The translations under genes were made by a program, and so were the position numbers. A stretch of 53,837 nt of DNA, filler included, from Sphacelaria rigidula (Eukaryota), in NCBI GenBank assembly GCA_964200075.2. It is 5 parts of 5 records of this genome, joined end to end, with 100 filler letters (N's around TTAATTAATTAA, not from the genome) between each part and the next. Parts side by side here need not be neighbours in the genome. Positions count along the whole stretch, not along the records: positions 21,578 to 32,265 come from CAXNAA020006077.1; positions 32,366 to 43,052 come from CAXNAA020006078.1; 3 more parts are not named here. The stretch is one strand, 5' to 3'. A model generated the notes under the pieces. The model was not told the DNA's origin. It did no database searches and saw nothing but the letters and a program-made list of their open reading frames with translations. Position 1 is the stretch's first letter, and every line of letters starts with the position of its first letter. This document shows positions 25,901 through 39,466 of the stretch, one piece after another.

Positions 25901-28900
25901 CACAAAGCTTCATATCTATCTCACCATTTACACACTACGTAGTACGACCATCCCCTTTGCGCGGAGTGGAGGTTCTCCACCCCCAACGGTATGATTTAAC
26001 TCGGTCACCATCATGGTTACCGCGAAAAAGCACAAGCAACAGATGGAAAAAAAAGGTTCCCAGGCTTCCGCAGTGAGTGGCCTATTTAACAGCGTCGTTG
26101 CCAACCGACGCCAGCCTCTCAACGGGGAAAGGGAGGGAATTACACTTTGATATCCTGGCCAGAATCTAGTCACGTCCGTGGAAGTGCCACAACGCGACAG
26201 CAAATTGACGAGACAGCTCGACGTGTATGCACGAGTGCTGATCAAATCTTTTCCCCCATAACAAATCTCGAGGGGCGGTTGGCTGGGTTCCGGGGAAGAT
26301 ATAGTTTTGAGTGACCATTTGAAACGGCAGCACAGACTCATCCCGAGGAATACAAGGGTTAAAGATAAGATGGCACGAAGAGAGGAGAACGGTGAAATAC
26401 AGATACAGCCTCAAGTGACCAATACCATAGACGAGTGACCGCTGGTATAAGTTAGCAACGTTCGATAGCACATCCAGGTCATCAACAAATGAGAATAGCG
26501 CATGCGTACAGCGGGTTGCGACACGAAAGCCCCGGGGTACAGGCGGCTTTTGCAATCATCACACAACGCGACAACGATACGTGCGTCTCATAAACCGACT
26601 AACGCTGTACACGCGTCCTTGAACTCATCCAAACCCACCACAGAACCCATGTTTAGGAGACGTTGCACACTGCGGATAACGCGTTCCATCAACCACACGT
26701 GTAAAGCGTCGACACAACGAAGACAAGCATTTTCAAGCGCAGTAGCAAACTCCCTACCTCCATCGCGAGCGCCTGCTTGTCTGTTGGAGCGGCATCCTCT
26801 TGTAAGTCCATGGCCATCGCAATCGCCGAAAGCAGCACCACCGACTGCTTGTCTGTGATCTCCAATATACCAGATCGAATCACATCATCCTCCGCCTTCA
26901 TTCATTTTGCCGAACGATTAAAAACAGGACACATCAAGCATGAGGTGCGAGGGGGAGTATTGAGGCTCCATGTATATATACCAACCGAGAAACATCGTGG
27001 GGATCACAGGGATTTTGCGCAGGAATTAACCGTTCACAGGTCCGACAGACCATGATCTGTCTGGAACAACAAACAGAATAAGACTCTCGAATCCGTTGGT
27101 CCAAAAACACAAAATATGCGACCGTGCAGTCAGAAAAGCCAGGGCGTAACAGTTGCGATCCTCAGCGTGCTCCGCGTCCGGCGCTGTAAGGAGCAAACAT
27201 GGTAAAGGGGGACCAGATGATTCAGATCATGATCCAGATCAGTATTCTGAGAAGAAGTAATTTTTCAGACAGATCACGATCTGTCCGACGTGTGAATCCT
27301 TCTCATCTCCGTCTCTGGGCAAGGACACAGATGATGACATGAATCAAAGCGAGAAAGCATTCCAATAGCGAACAAGGCACTCCTTGATCCATGTCCACGC
27401 AGGCAAGAGCACATGTCTTCGTCCAAGCTGACCAGAAACGCATCATATCTCGGTTTACAAGAAGTGCTCACCATAACCCACTTTCCTCCACATCATGTGC
27501 GCGAGCATGGAGTGAGAGAGGGAGGCTGTAGCAACCACTATACATAACGCGAGCAATCCAGTGGGGACGGATTACCCCTGCACTCTTTTCTCCGTTCGTA
27601 TATATCAACACAAACTTATTCCTCCTAGATTTGTGTGAGGAACTATTTCCGTTTTTTTACCTTGGATATCATACGCCCATCTTACATGACCACGGACAAA
27701 ATTTATAGCTCAATATAGTTCATGCGCCTCAACCAACCAACTACTCAATCGATAGACCAACCCATCAGCCCACATCTCAACCATTCCACCTGCTATTTTA
27801 TATATCATTTCATCGCATCAATTAAGGAATAAATTATGTTAGGCCCATCATTCCACCCACCCACCCACCGATCCCACAACCGTATTAGACAAAGGAATGT
27901 TTTGATTTGCAGCGACTGCTTGAAACGTTTTACGCTTAATCTCGTGAGCAAAAAAAGAATTATGACGTTTTAAATCAGAATTAAATTCACCATTCGCAAC
28001 TACGTATTTTACAAGCATAAATGGAACCAATGATCAGCTCCAAAACAAAATCCGTCATAGACCAACAATGATCGATCACCCCAGTCTCATCACCACTGCC
28101 CCTCACGTCCCCGAGACCATACCTGGAGATATACAAGACGGTTGAACGCGGGATCTGGGCTGGGCCACGAGTGCGAATGCAAGAAAATTTTTCTTTTGTA
28201 GACGAACTTGAAGTCGCGTCGTTGCCGGGCCTTCCGGATAAACACATCCCCCATGTAGTCCTCATTGCGCAAAGGCGACGGTGTGAACGGCAGGAGATTG
28301 CTTGTACCCTGCGCACCCCCCGACCCCGTCGCCCCCCCGCCCCCCCGGCAAAAAATAGAAAAATTACACAAAAAATAGTGCGGTTGCGACGCAAAAATGA
28401 TGGTAGGGTTAGTTCACACGGGCAGGTCAGAAGGGTGGGTTGGACGAATAGAGCACAGCATTTCGAGAGTGTACACCGAATCTCGACGGAAGAGTGGCTC
28501 AGCTACCCTCTCACCCCTACTCCCTGCTCTCCTGTGGGGATGTAGCATGCATAGGCGACGTAAAACAATTACAGACGAACGTAGACACGAGTGCATCGAG
28601 TCTGAGGTGAAAGTTTCATCGCCATATTATTGCTCAGGTACAGAATCTTTAGGCAACGAGTCACGTCAACACGCGTACACAACGACACATCATGACACAC
28701 AAGATCCTCGAGACAACGCAACCAAACGCTACAGAGTCCGTCGCCAGACCCAAACCAAATTAAAAAAAATGAACGTGGATCAGGGACGTCGCGGTAGCCC
28801 CCCCCCCCCCCCGCCCCGCCTCCCCCCTCTATATCACAAGAAGATAATGACCATACAGCGCATGATGGCTGGTTTCAGACGGCATGAAGCGCCTCATATG

Positions 28901-31900
28901 GGCGACATTGGCGAACATGATGCCAAGCGTGGGAGTTCCCAGCTGCTAGGCGTGCTTGGCTTTTGCCATCTGGATTTATATGTAGATTTTGCCTCCTCAA
29001 ACATGCCACTTTCCTGGTGGGGGGTGAGGGGTGGGGTGGCTATCGCGCCATACGTATCCATATACGATCTCTTTCCTTGTCCTCGTGTCAACAGAGCATG
29101 CATCATTCGACTATCTCGGGCCAGGACAGGTTTTTCGGCATCGGCATCGGCATCAATATCTTACCTTGTCCTCATCAATCGGTCCAAGATCATACACGAA
29201 CAACCCCATCATCTCCGTCCTCGCCGCCTGCAGCCCCCCGAAGTGTGCACAAATCTCCAACACCTGGACGTCAAACAACCAACCCGAAAAAGAAGAAAAT
29301 ATGTGCCTTTGCCTACTCATTCAGTGGGAGCATTTACATTCGCCGAAAAAAACACGGAAGCAATGAGCAGCGAAACATGACATTCCACCCGCCCCCCCCC
29401 CCATGCTAGTAACACAATATCCCAATTCCACCAATCAACACGATTCTCTCACGTTCTTGACGTCGCGGCCAGGTGCGACGGCCTAATGAAATATAATAGG
29501 GACCTCGATTAAAAAAAAAAACGGTAAATTCCCGAGCAAGGCGATTAGTCGGCAGCACACCGCCACCCCCGAGGTTGGAGGTTATCAAGGTGTCGCCTGA
29601 GGGTAATCGACACTCACCTTCGAGGTATTGGTAGGTGGGTCGCTCACTTACGGTCATTCCATCATCATCATCCTCGTTATCATCATCGATACAATAGCCC
29701 AAATATTCCAGTAGTTTACCGGCGTTGGGCTGCAAATGTCCATGGTTGATATTACTTGATTCGAGTGTGTACAACGAGATTCGAAATGTTAGTAGGGCTG
29801 ACAGTCCAGTGTGCTCCTCGCGTGCGCAGAGCGCGTTTTCGTTGGGGTCTACCAAGGTCGCACTTTGCCTCGGGAATGCTGTGTGCTGCATTTGCCCGAG
29901 GGATTCTCGGTATGCGTTGGGTTGGGGTTAGGGTTAGGGTTAGGGGTAGCGATAATTGTAAAATTGTGTCAACCATGAACATTTGTAGCCCAACACTGGT
30001 AAACTAGCTCCAAATTTTCGGGCCTGCAGTCACCGGGAAAATCGACACCATCGGAAACGAACCTTCTTGACGTTAAGGTCGGGTGCGACTGGAAGGTCTT
30101 CGGTGAGCAGGGCGCCGTTGACCAGCTCAATCGTGGCCAAGATCGGCGGGCGCTCCTTGTAAGCTTGGATCTCCTCCAGCGTTGGAACAATCCCTTCGTT
30201 TGTGCGCGACGACATCATACCCTCCAGCGTGTGTAAGCAGTACTTGGCGTAGCACGCCTCGGCACCCTCTATTTGACACTTTTCGAGGATGAAGTTCAGG
30301 AGGTAGTTTTCGAAGTCCATGCTGGGCAGGAACGTGCTGCACCCCATGCACATTACTTGCCACCCCTTCGCCGTGCTGTCTGGCCTGGGGTTGTTCGTAA
30401 GCTGCTTCATGATCTGCTCGTGCACGTGTGTGTGTTCGGCGAACCACAGACAAGAAAAAAAATAAAGCAAAAAACGACGGTTGCTTACTCTACTTCCCAA
30501 GCAACGAAACAACGTGGAAGATGCACAAAATACCAGCAGACCTAAAGCTTTAGTCGTGTATCTATGGTTGACAACTAAACTATTTGATTTTGAACTCGAG
30601 AAATTTCTGATAAAAAAAATGGTTTTGGGCAGGTGGGCAGTGGACCCAGCTCGTCCAAAACATGTTTTCGTCAAAATCGGCGCCTGCGGCGTCGATTTCA
30701 GATCTGCCAACGCACACTTTGCCAAGGGGAACTTATGCACCCCCCCTTGCCCGAGGGTCTCGTACACCTATGGTCTGGGTTAGCGTTATTGTTAGTTCAT
30801 TCGAAAACATCAACCATAAATATACGACCAACTCTTTAGGTCGCTTCCAAAAGAAGATGCCAACACTCATTTGTCCCTCCCAAATGCAAAATAAGGGTAA
30901 GCCTCCGACAATCCATCACCAATATCTATCATCTCCACACATTTTCCCTCTGCAGCGCTGGACGCTGAGAGCACTTTAAGTAGCGCGAAGGTGGCGCTTT
31001 GGTTTCTTGGATCCCGCTGTCACTCGTTCTGTGTTCTAGGACAGCTGATCTGAGAGTTCTTTTCGATAAGTTATTTGAAATAACTTATTTCAGGTGGCTC
31101 ATGAGCTGTCCGACGTATGAACTATTTCGAAAAAAAACAGAAAAAAGGAACCAACCTGCAGGTAGACCTCATCCCTAATCTTCGGCTTGTCCAGTCCCTT
31201 CATAAGGATATTTTGGGCCAAAGTCTCGGGGAAAGACATCTGCTTGTCGCCCATGTAGCCCAGCAGCGACTTTCGCACCGTGACGGCATCCTTCACCAAG
31301 TCCCTCGCCATTTCCACCAAGCTCTTGTTTGATACGGTGTTCTGAAGGAAGAGTGCCAAGAAAACAGGGGCCGCAACGACGAAACAACTAACTTCAAAAC
31401 AGGTGACCATCTTTGCATGGACAGGGGAGTAGGGGAAGGAGGACCTGGTAAAACAACCATGGGCTTGCATACAGGCAACACACAGCAGGAACTCGTCCAT
31501 TCTTTACTGATTGGTTCTTGCACTTGAGCTGACCCTCCAAAGATCCAGCCGTTGTCACATGATGTACGTATCCGAGACAGAATATAACTCAAACACTCGT
31601 CCAAGAAAAAACTAGAAACAGAAACGTACGACACAACACATTGTAGACAACGACGTGAAAAAAAAATCAACCTGCGGCATATCAAATACACCAATATTCT
31701 GATGTCAAGTGGAGAGAAAGCTCTGCTGAGTACAGATCAAATATACTTATATTAGTGTATGAAAGCAGACACATTTCTCTTCTCCCCCGACGTACAATTC
31801 TTCACCTGCCATTCGAGCATACGCTCAGCCTCGCGCTTCTTGTGCAGAAGCGAGCCCTTCGAGTACTCGTTCGGTGACCGAAGGCGCGGGTAGTTCTGGA

Positions 31901-31908
31901 ATTTGTAC
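22918..31908 (-). CDS. MyTH4-FERM domain protein (unconventional myosin tail-like), partial at both ends
   Basis: Eight phase-consistent GT-AG exons: 31908-31806, 31341-31156, 30413-30063, 29263-29165, 28308-28123, 26895-26758, 24122-23974, 23104-22918. MyTH4 motifs: LLGYMGD, IRDEVYLQIMKQLTNNP, GWQVMCM..STFLPS, VPTLEEIQA. FERM motifs: FVYKRKIF, LVYLQA..DV, RYIPP, PMYGSHFF, LLAFNADGMHIF. Confidence 0.88.
24293..24597 (-). mobile_element. tRNA-derived SINE-like element
   Basis: Minus-strand A box TGGTGTAATGG (24589-24579) and B box GGTTCGATTCC (24543-24533). The acceptor and anticodon stems do not pair. The body is shared with 10387-10617 and 45216-45290, and there is an A-rich 3' tail near 24293-24303. 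Confidence 0.65.
27185..27686. mobile_element. Possible solo LTR
   Basis: About 500 bp bounded by TGTAAG...CTTACA, with internal TATA-like motifs. No target-site duplication found. Confidence 0.3.
28790..29047 (+). mobile_element. MITE, diverged copy of the 40181-40409 family
   Basis: Ends CGCGGTAGCCC(n)...GGCTATCGCG. Internal GACCATACAGC, GGCGACATTGGC, CCAAGCGTGGGA(G/A)TTCCCAGCT and GATTTTGCCTCC are shared with 40181-40409. Confidence 0.7.
29712..30006. mobile_element. MITE with TIRs of about 38 bp carrying TTAGGG repeats
   Basis: TAGTTTACCGGCGTTGGGCTGCAAATGTCCATGGTTGA pairs with TCAACCATGAACATTTGTAGCCCAACACTGGTAAACTA; TA at both ends. Internal GGGTTAGGGTTAGGGTTAGGGG near 29926-29946. Confidence 0.8.
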
Positions 31909-32201
31909 CTGTACAAAGGCCCGGTCATTCCGAAAAAAAAGCATCATCCCATTACTTTCAGGCAGGCTGGACACACTTCTGTACAAAACACCAAACATGA
32001 AATGAGAACCGGGTTGGCGCGTTCTTCACAGTGACAATGAAACTGAAAAAGCGCTTCATGCGCCAGACTTCTTCTCGGAACAATATCGCTCGTCACCATT
32101 TTCCCGATGAACACTGTGATCACGCACGACGACACATACGGCCGATAGCGGGACAGAACGAGCAATCGCTCATCAAATATTTCCGTATCACCTTTGGATC
32201 A

Positions 32202-32265
32202 GTTGTTGTTGTTGTCTTCACATTAAAAGCCGTTCCGATATCTGCGCGGTACATTGGTACTGGGC
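32202..32265 (-). repeat. Dispersed repeat with a (CAA)n end; second copy at 45338-45398
   Basis: GTTGTTGTTGTCTTC(A/G)CATTAAAA...CCGATATCTGCGC..TAC...GTACTGGGC is present in contigs 3 and 5. Confidence 0.6.
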
Positions 32266-32365
32266 NNNNNNNNNNNNNNNNNNNNNNNNNNNNNNNNNNN
32301 NNNNNNNNNTTAATTAATTAANNNNNNNNNNNNNNNNNNNNNNNNNNNNNNNNNNNNNNNNNNNN
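32266..32365. other. Artificial contig spacer
   Basis: N44-TTAATTAATTAA-N44. Confidence 0.99.
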
Positions 32366-34816
32366 TTTTTCGGCAAACCAAATCCCCCCCCCCCCTATCG
32401 TAGTATGACTCATACCATGAGGCGGAGACTAAAACACGGAGGTCAATCCTGGCATGATACGAACTCCGTGAATCTCACCGGTGACCCAGGTGCGTCTCGT
32501 TGGCCGTCGTGCGAGAGGTCGTCTATCGCACCGATATCCCCGCCGCGCGTGCCCATGCCGATAGACCTGCGAAGGAGCAGCGCAGTAATGAAGGCGAGGG
32601 CCGTGACGCGATCGTTACAACTGTCACCATCACTATGCGGCGCCGAACTGTCGCTGCCGCTCAGCTGCCTGCAAAGATGGAGTTCTGGCATGTCTTCTAT
32701 CCGCCGTGACCTCCGCATTGAGACCCAGGCTTCATACATCAGCTGCACAATCATTGCAGGAACCGGCGCAAGGCCCCGGCAGATTGAATCGTCTGCTGCA
32801 TGTGTGCTGGGACAATCCAACACATGGCAGCAAGCCGTAATCGTAGTACACCCCGCCGAAATGTAAAGCACAGACACTTCAATCCACCGGGGCTGGAAGT
32901 GGTGCGAAGCGTGTTGCGGCCGTGTAACAACCATGTTGGCGTGCATGATCAGCCTCCGTTTCGGTCAACCTACGTGCCACAAAGGTGTCCATGTCCTGCG
33001 CACTTCTGTAATTTTTACAGAGCAGGACGCTACAGTGCTACAGTACAGTAAACTATACAGTACAGTAAATACAGTAAAAAAAGTACAGAAACGTTCCGCA
33101 CAGGATCGCAGTGTTTGTATAGGGTTTTATGAAGAAACTTTCGCAATTGTCAATCTGCACATCGTCCGACTTTACCACCATGCATGCCTGTACATCATCG
33201 CGTCACGCGTCTGACGCACCGAACCAAATTACGCACTTCTTTTTCAGATACAATCTATACATTTTAGGCTGCACAGTGTGCAAGCTGCAGACCAGCTTAA
33301 CCCAGCGTGGCCGACACACATCGCCGTGCAATCGTGCCCACAGGGCACGAATGAAAGCAACGCTATCTGTACCACACAACGCGGTGGTTTGTCGTCTAAA
33401 CGTCATCCTTCCAGCCAGAAATCAGCGCCGACGCTCCCGCCTTGAACAAAGCATTATAGTGGTGTCGCCTGTCGGGCTGGCACTCCTTCGTGGGGGGCTC
33501 TACGCTCGTCCTAACTACGTCTACTTTTGCGGCTTGCTCCATCCATAACCTTGTACAACGACATTTGTATGCGGGAATCTTGCCTTTTGACTTGCATTTG
33601 TTTGGGGGGGGTAAGACGGAGTATCCGTGCATCAGCATAAATCTATCCGCACATGTGCATGTTCACTCAGCGTACCCGTTCACATGAACACCCCCCCTGA
33701 ACCGGTACATGAGTCGTCGTGGCTATGTCTCTCTCAAAAAGCAAAAAACGTTATGAAGGGGAACCCCGGCCATCCGAGCAAAAACCCCCTCCCTTCAACT
33801 GCTTGTGCTCCATCTAGATATTCCATGGATGCTGGTCAAGGCAGATACACGTCATGTCAGGAAACGCCCTACAAAACATATGCCCCTCAAAGTAGAGTGG
33901 GTGGCTTGACCCCAAATGCGCATAAATGCATAACTAAATCCTGAAAATACCCGGAGCTAGCACATGGGTACACCCAAAAATGTACCTACTTGTCACCTTC
34001 CAAGTTCATAAAAAAAACGTCTGTGCCTCGCAAGCAGGTTGATCGAGAGAGGCTTCGTGAAAATATCACCACGCTGCCATCCTGAATCTACATGCACAAC
34101 ACTGATATTTCCCGTCCCCACCAGCTCTCGAATAAAGTGATACCTTACGTCGATGTGCTTACTCCTTCCGGAACTAAGGGGATTTTCGGCCAGAGCCTTC
34201 GCTCCCTCGTTGTCCCCGTACAAAACAATACCGTGGTCCTCCCCACATCCCGACACAGTCTGAGGTCGCGGGAATGTCAACACTGTCTTGACAAACAGTC
34301 CCTCCTTTGTCCCCTCGGTCATTGCGACATACTCTACCTCCGCGGTTGACAAAGTCACACAGTGTTGCGTGCGGCTTGTTGCCGACACCACCACACCACT
34401 GTACATCACAGCTACCCCTGAGACCGAACGCCTATCTGTTACCTTCTCAGCGTAGCCTGCATCGCAGTAAACTGAAAGCCTGTCATGATCTCTCTTGAAG
34501 GTAAGTCCCAACTCCCTTGTCTTATTTGGAATACTTGAGCACCTTTACCACGGCTTCCCAGTGCCTCTCGCACGGATCGTGTGATTGGCGAGCGAGCGCT
34601 CGTATTGAGTTCGCTGTCAGGTCTAGGGACTGTTGCTAGCCACATCAGTCCCCCCACTGCGTTACGGTATGGGCGATTCACCACTGTCTTCACCCGTTGC
34701 CGGTCCCAACTTAACAGAAACAGAGGCACAGATTTCCGAGTATCATCTCAACTTAAAACGCTTTAGGAGCGTGTCCGTGAAGTTTGCGTCACCCACAGCG
34801 TGCCTCTATCCCAGTC

Positions 34817-35066
34817 TGTGACGCCAGTTAGTGGATGCACTGTTGGATCACTGCTGTTCAGGGACTCCCCAGTCTTACTGGCCTCAGTTTCAGTTGTCAG
34901 CCTTTACAACATTCCATCGTTCAGGAGTGACCTTCCAGGGCACCCACCTAGACACGCCAGAGTATCAACCTAGTGCCCCCGGTCATTATCCAGATAATAA
35001 CTGCTATCAGTGGTCATCATCCAGAACATCACTACCAACTCAACGTAACGGCGTATTTCCGTCACA
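34817..35066 (-). repeat. Gypsy 3' LTR (250 bp)
   Basis: TGTGACG...CGTCACA termini, preceded on the minus strand by the G-rich TTTGGGGGTGC. Confidence 0.9.
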
Positions 35067-38000
35067 GCACCCCCAAAGCGCGTTGGACGAAAATCGATCA
35101 ACAAGCTTGACACATAGAAAACGCCAAAGCGATGAGTAAGTCACAATTGAATACCAAACTCACTCGTAATGCGAGCAGCAACGGCACGAGTCACGCGCAA
35201 TTCACGCAACTCCTTCGTGAGAAATTCCGGAGCGGCCTCAAAAGTGTCCTTGAAAGGCTCCACGTACGCTCCTCAACTTCGAAACTAACCCAGTCGACCA
35301 ACACGACCAACGAACGATCATCTGCTTCTGCCACTCGGACAATACCAGCCATCTGAAATTGTCCCTGATTGAAAGCATGCTGGAACACGTCCTCAACGTC
35401 AGCCGCAACATTAAGCTGCGAGTTTGCATGGAAACGCAAACGAGCTACATGGGTGGTCTGAACACGACCTGAGACAGTGTTCTGAATGTCAAACACGTGC
35501 GGGTGGTGAGCACCAACCACTCTCCATGGACCAGTCCAAGTTGCCATCAACTTGGGCGTAACACCCGAACGACGCACGCGTGCATACAAGACATAGTCGC
35601 CTACCTCAAAATTCGGCAAGTCCCGCCCCGACGAGGACCCCTCACGTCTACGCGTACCTTCAGCGGCAACACGTTCCTGCACTTGAACGTGGGAACGTTC
35701 TTGCAAGTCCAATACTCCTTGCAATGCACTCTTAATTTGAACATCGTCCAAAACATCACACTTCCATTCCCCCGCCGACGAAGACGCCAGTACCGAGAAG
35801 GACGTCCGAGGGGCACGACCAAACATCACGTGGTACGGCGTATTATCGTAACGACGACGATACGCTGGATTGAGCGCCCATTGCACCGCCGGCAACACGC
35901 CCACCCACTCGGAAACCGCTCTACGCTGCTCGAGAAGAATAGAGCGAGGAGCACAAACTACTTCCTTGACCATGCGTTCGCACGTACCGTTAGACCACGG
36001 AGGATACACTACCGCAAACCGGTGATCAACGCGCAAAGCCTCTTACAATCGGGGCAAGATTGCATTCTTGAAATGCGTGGCGGTATCACTCACCCACACA
36101 CGCGGCACCCCCAAAGTTTTGCACCAATTCAGCAAAGATGCAGCGGTCAATTCAGCAGTACACACCGCTACTGGTTCCAGAGCCACAAAATGTCTCAAAC
36201 CATCGATGATTACCTAAATGTATCGAAACCCAGCATCCTCCGACAAACCTTGGGAAGCTAGCGGGCCACTCGCGCCCACGTACAAGAAGTCAAACTGAAC
36301 CACTTCATTCGGCGTGGTCCCATGGACCGTTTCGCCGAGCGGGCGGGGAACAACATCGCCCGCCCTCGAGTCAGCACAGTGAAGACACGGTCGGACAAAT
36401 TCGCGCACATGAGTTTCTATCCCCTGCCAGACACAAAACTCTTGCAAGCGCACGAGCGTCGCAGCCACACCACGATGCCCGGCGTCGCGCATGTGCGCGC
36501 AAATCATCAGACCTGCAACTGCTTGTCAGAACTCGGAATCCACAAAACGTTTCCGCCACGCACATGCACACAAAACAGACCTTCATTGTTTAAGATAGCA
36601 GTACCAACGTTCGACTCGAAAGATTGCACATCCGCATCTTCGGCCCCAAGGTCTTTTCGTTGCGGTTGGCAGACAGCAGATTCCGACGGCATCGAGTCAT
36701 CAGGTTCACACGGACCATACACAGTCACGGCGCGCACAGGCATTTGAATTTCAACTATAGGCACCTGCATGACCAAACTATCCCAATGGCACTCAAATGT
36801 ATTCGGAAACATGGACACCTGACAATGAGGACGAGGACGGCGCAGCGTTACGGCATGAGCCACCAGATCCTTGGCTACCGCCCACGCCTGCAGCCTGCTC
36901 TCCATCCACGATGCAGCCGTCTTCGGAAACGCCATATCTGGACTGGGCCACCTCGCCTGTGAGTGCCGGAGCACCAACCCGAGCGCCAGAAGAGCCGCCA
37001 TGCACAACGCCAACCAACTCGACTTCACTGGGTCGTACCGCCGTGGCTTCGTCTTCACCGTGGACGCCCCAGGTTTGAGCTGACCACACATGAGCTCCAC
37101 GCGCGCAGTGGGATCACCCCGCAGCGCGCGAGTGAATGGGTTGACGCGGCGATGCAAGATGCCGCGCAGGCGTTCCGCTTTGGGGATGCTGAGACATTTC
37201 GTCACAGCATCCGTCACGCTCTCCTCCAGTGCGACCTTCCGAGCGGACTCCTCTTCCGCCGGGTCCATGAACATCTCCGGGCCGCGCTCTACTAAGCGTT
37301 CCACCGCCGCATCTCACTCCTCGGTCACCTGCCTCCTAGCCTCCTGAAAAGCATCCACCGAAAAGCTCACGCGACGCTGCCCAAAAGGCGGGCGTCTCCA
37401 CGTGCGGACCAGGCGAAGACATCCGCGTCTTGATGAAGTCCTTTAACCGCTCGTACGGGTCGACTCCTAGATCCTGTAGCGTCGGCAGCTCCAGAAGAAC
37501 AACGCCATCCGACCCTGGCATAATCGCAAACGAGATCAGAGGCAACGGCACCAGCTCCCAAGCAGCCTTGAAGGCTAGCTGCAATGGAGTAGTACGCTCC
37601 GTGACTGAAACATGCTGACCTCACGCGGTGACTGCCTGCCGCACCCCGAGCGAAAACGGGATGCGCAGCGGCACACCCGGGAGTTGACGCTCCAGCATCT
37701 CAACCATCTACACCGGCAGACTAGTGAAGTGGGCGCCAGAAACCAACACAGACCGAACCACGATGGCTCCATGCTGCCGTTGATTCGGAAGACATAGCTC
37801 CGCCGAAATATAGCTGTCGGCAAGCTCCACGGGAACTTCTTCCACTGACCTATGCGCCCCTAATCCCACTTGACGCCACGGCTGCGCAAGCTGCGCAGGC
37901 GAAGACGCCCCGGCCCCGGCAAGTTCAAACGGCACCGCCGGCGGGTACGCCCCCCAGTCAGCAAACCAAGAATTTGGCGACCCTCCGACCAGCGTGCAAC

Positions 38001-39394
38001 AGGTGTTGCGCTTGGTGCTGCTGCCGGTGTCGCCGCCGGCGCCACCACGGGCGCCGGCGGAGTGTTCGATTCAGTAGAAGTCGGGCCCACCTGCACCGCC
38101 CGCTGCGGAGCAACAGCACCTACGGCGGCGCCGGACCCAGAGCCAGGCCCATGCTGACGCCGCTACCCCTGCTGCTGCTGGTTCTGCTGCTGCTGCGGCT
38201 GCTGCTGCGGGCTCGCCTGCTACCCTCCATCGCCGGGGGATCCGCTGCCGCCACCACGATTACCTCGTTTTTTGCCCTTGTGCTGACGATGCTGATGGCG
38301 CGCGGCACAAGACTGCCCAGACTCTCCACCGGAAGACGTTGGGCAATCGCGCGCGTAATGGCCGAGCTGACCACAGCGGTGGCAAGTAATACTCGCAAAG
38401 CGATCAGCCGATTTCGAGCCATGGTTGCGCAAAGATTTCGGCGAAGAGGTGGACGACTGGCCGAAGACCTCTATTTTCCGCCACTCCTTGGCCTTGGCCA
38501 CGACGGTGCTCATCACCAGGTACGGGTCGGCCTTCCATTCTGTTTGGTGCTGCAGCTTGACAAGCACGGCTTGCTTGAATTTTTCCGGTGCCAACTTCTC
38601 CACCAAAGCCGTAGTGATTACTGCAGCCGGGCCGGGAATCAACTCACCATCGGGGGAACGATATACTAGTTCCACGTTCGGATTTTCCGTGAAGTACTTC
38701 TCCAAGTTGACCAAGATCGGCTCCACACGCTCCAACATCGTTTTCCCCCGAGAACCATGGCGACAGCTTTCGCCACGGCCGTGGACGCTTGGGTCAGATC
38801 TACCTCGGCGCCCGCCGCATGCCCAGCATGCTTTTTGATCGCCGCGACCAACTGCGGCGAGGTGAGAGTGCTCTCACTATGTTCTAAACGAGCGAACACT
38901 CTCTGTACGTGAGTTGGCACTTGTTGAGCCATTGTCACCACCTGATGCCGCACGGCACCCCCTGCATTAGCGTGCTCCACACGCTTATTGTATTCCAAAT
39001 ACCTCGTGTAAAAAGTGCGAGATGCACTCTCTGAGCACCTGTCCCCGTATTGGGGAGGTTGCAATTCCTCCCGCGTGACCACGGGTGTCACGGTGGACGT
39101 ACCTCGTGAGCCGGTAGCCATAGCTCTAGCTGTAACCGGCTACCTGCGAACCTCTGCAGGCCAGTGGACCTTCTCGAATCGCGCTTTCCTTGCTTCTTCG
39201 CCGCATCACACAGTCGTAGGAGCCTCAAAACTCCCGCTGCACGCAGCTTCAGCAAGTCTCCAGTCTGGATCAAGAACAGGCCAGCCGCTTTTCTGCAGTC
39301 ACCACCAGCTTGAAACCCCCCGTCACGCGTCCGTGATGTCAGGTTGTCCCCAGCTGCCAGACTCACTCCGCCGAAATCCTTTGCAGCAGGTCTC

Positions 39395-39457
39395 TAGCAC
39401 TAACACTAGTACTAGCACCAGCACTAACACTCGTACTAGCACTAGCACTAGCACTAA
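39395..39457. repeat. (AGCACT)n hexamer tandem repeat next to the Gypsy 5' LTR
   Basis: About 10 imperfect TAGCAC units. Confidence 0.85.
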
Positions 39458-39466
39458 TATCGATAT

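Noticed and set aside
26166..26555. FVDD in an ORF as a reverse-transcriptase active site
   Set aside because: No other RT motifs are recognisable around it; too short to support.
28397..29380. 327-aa ORF on the + strand
   Set aside because: Antisense to the MyTH4-FERM gene, runs through a MITE and has no protein-like motifs.
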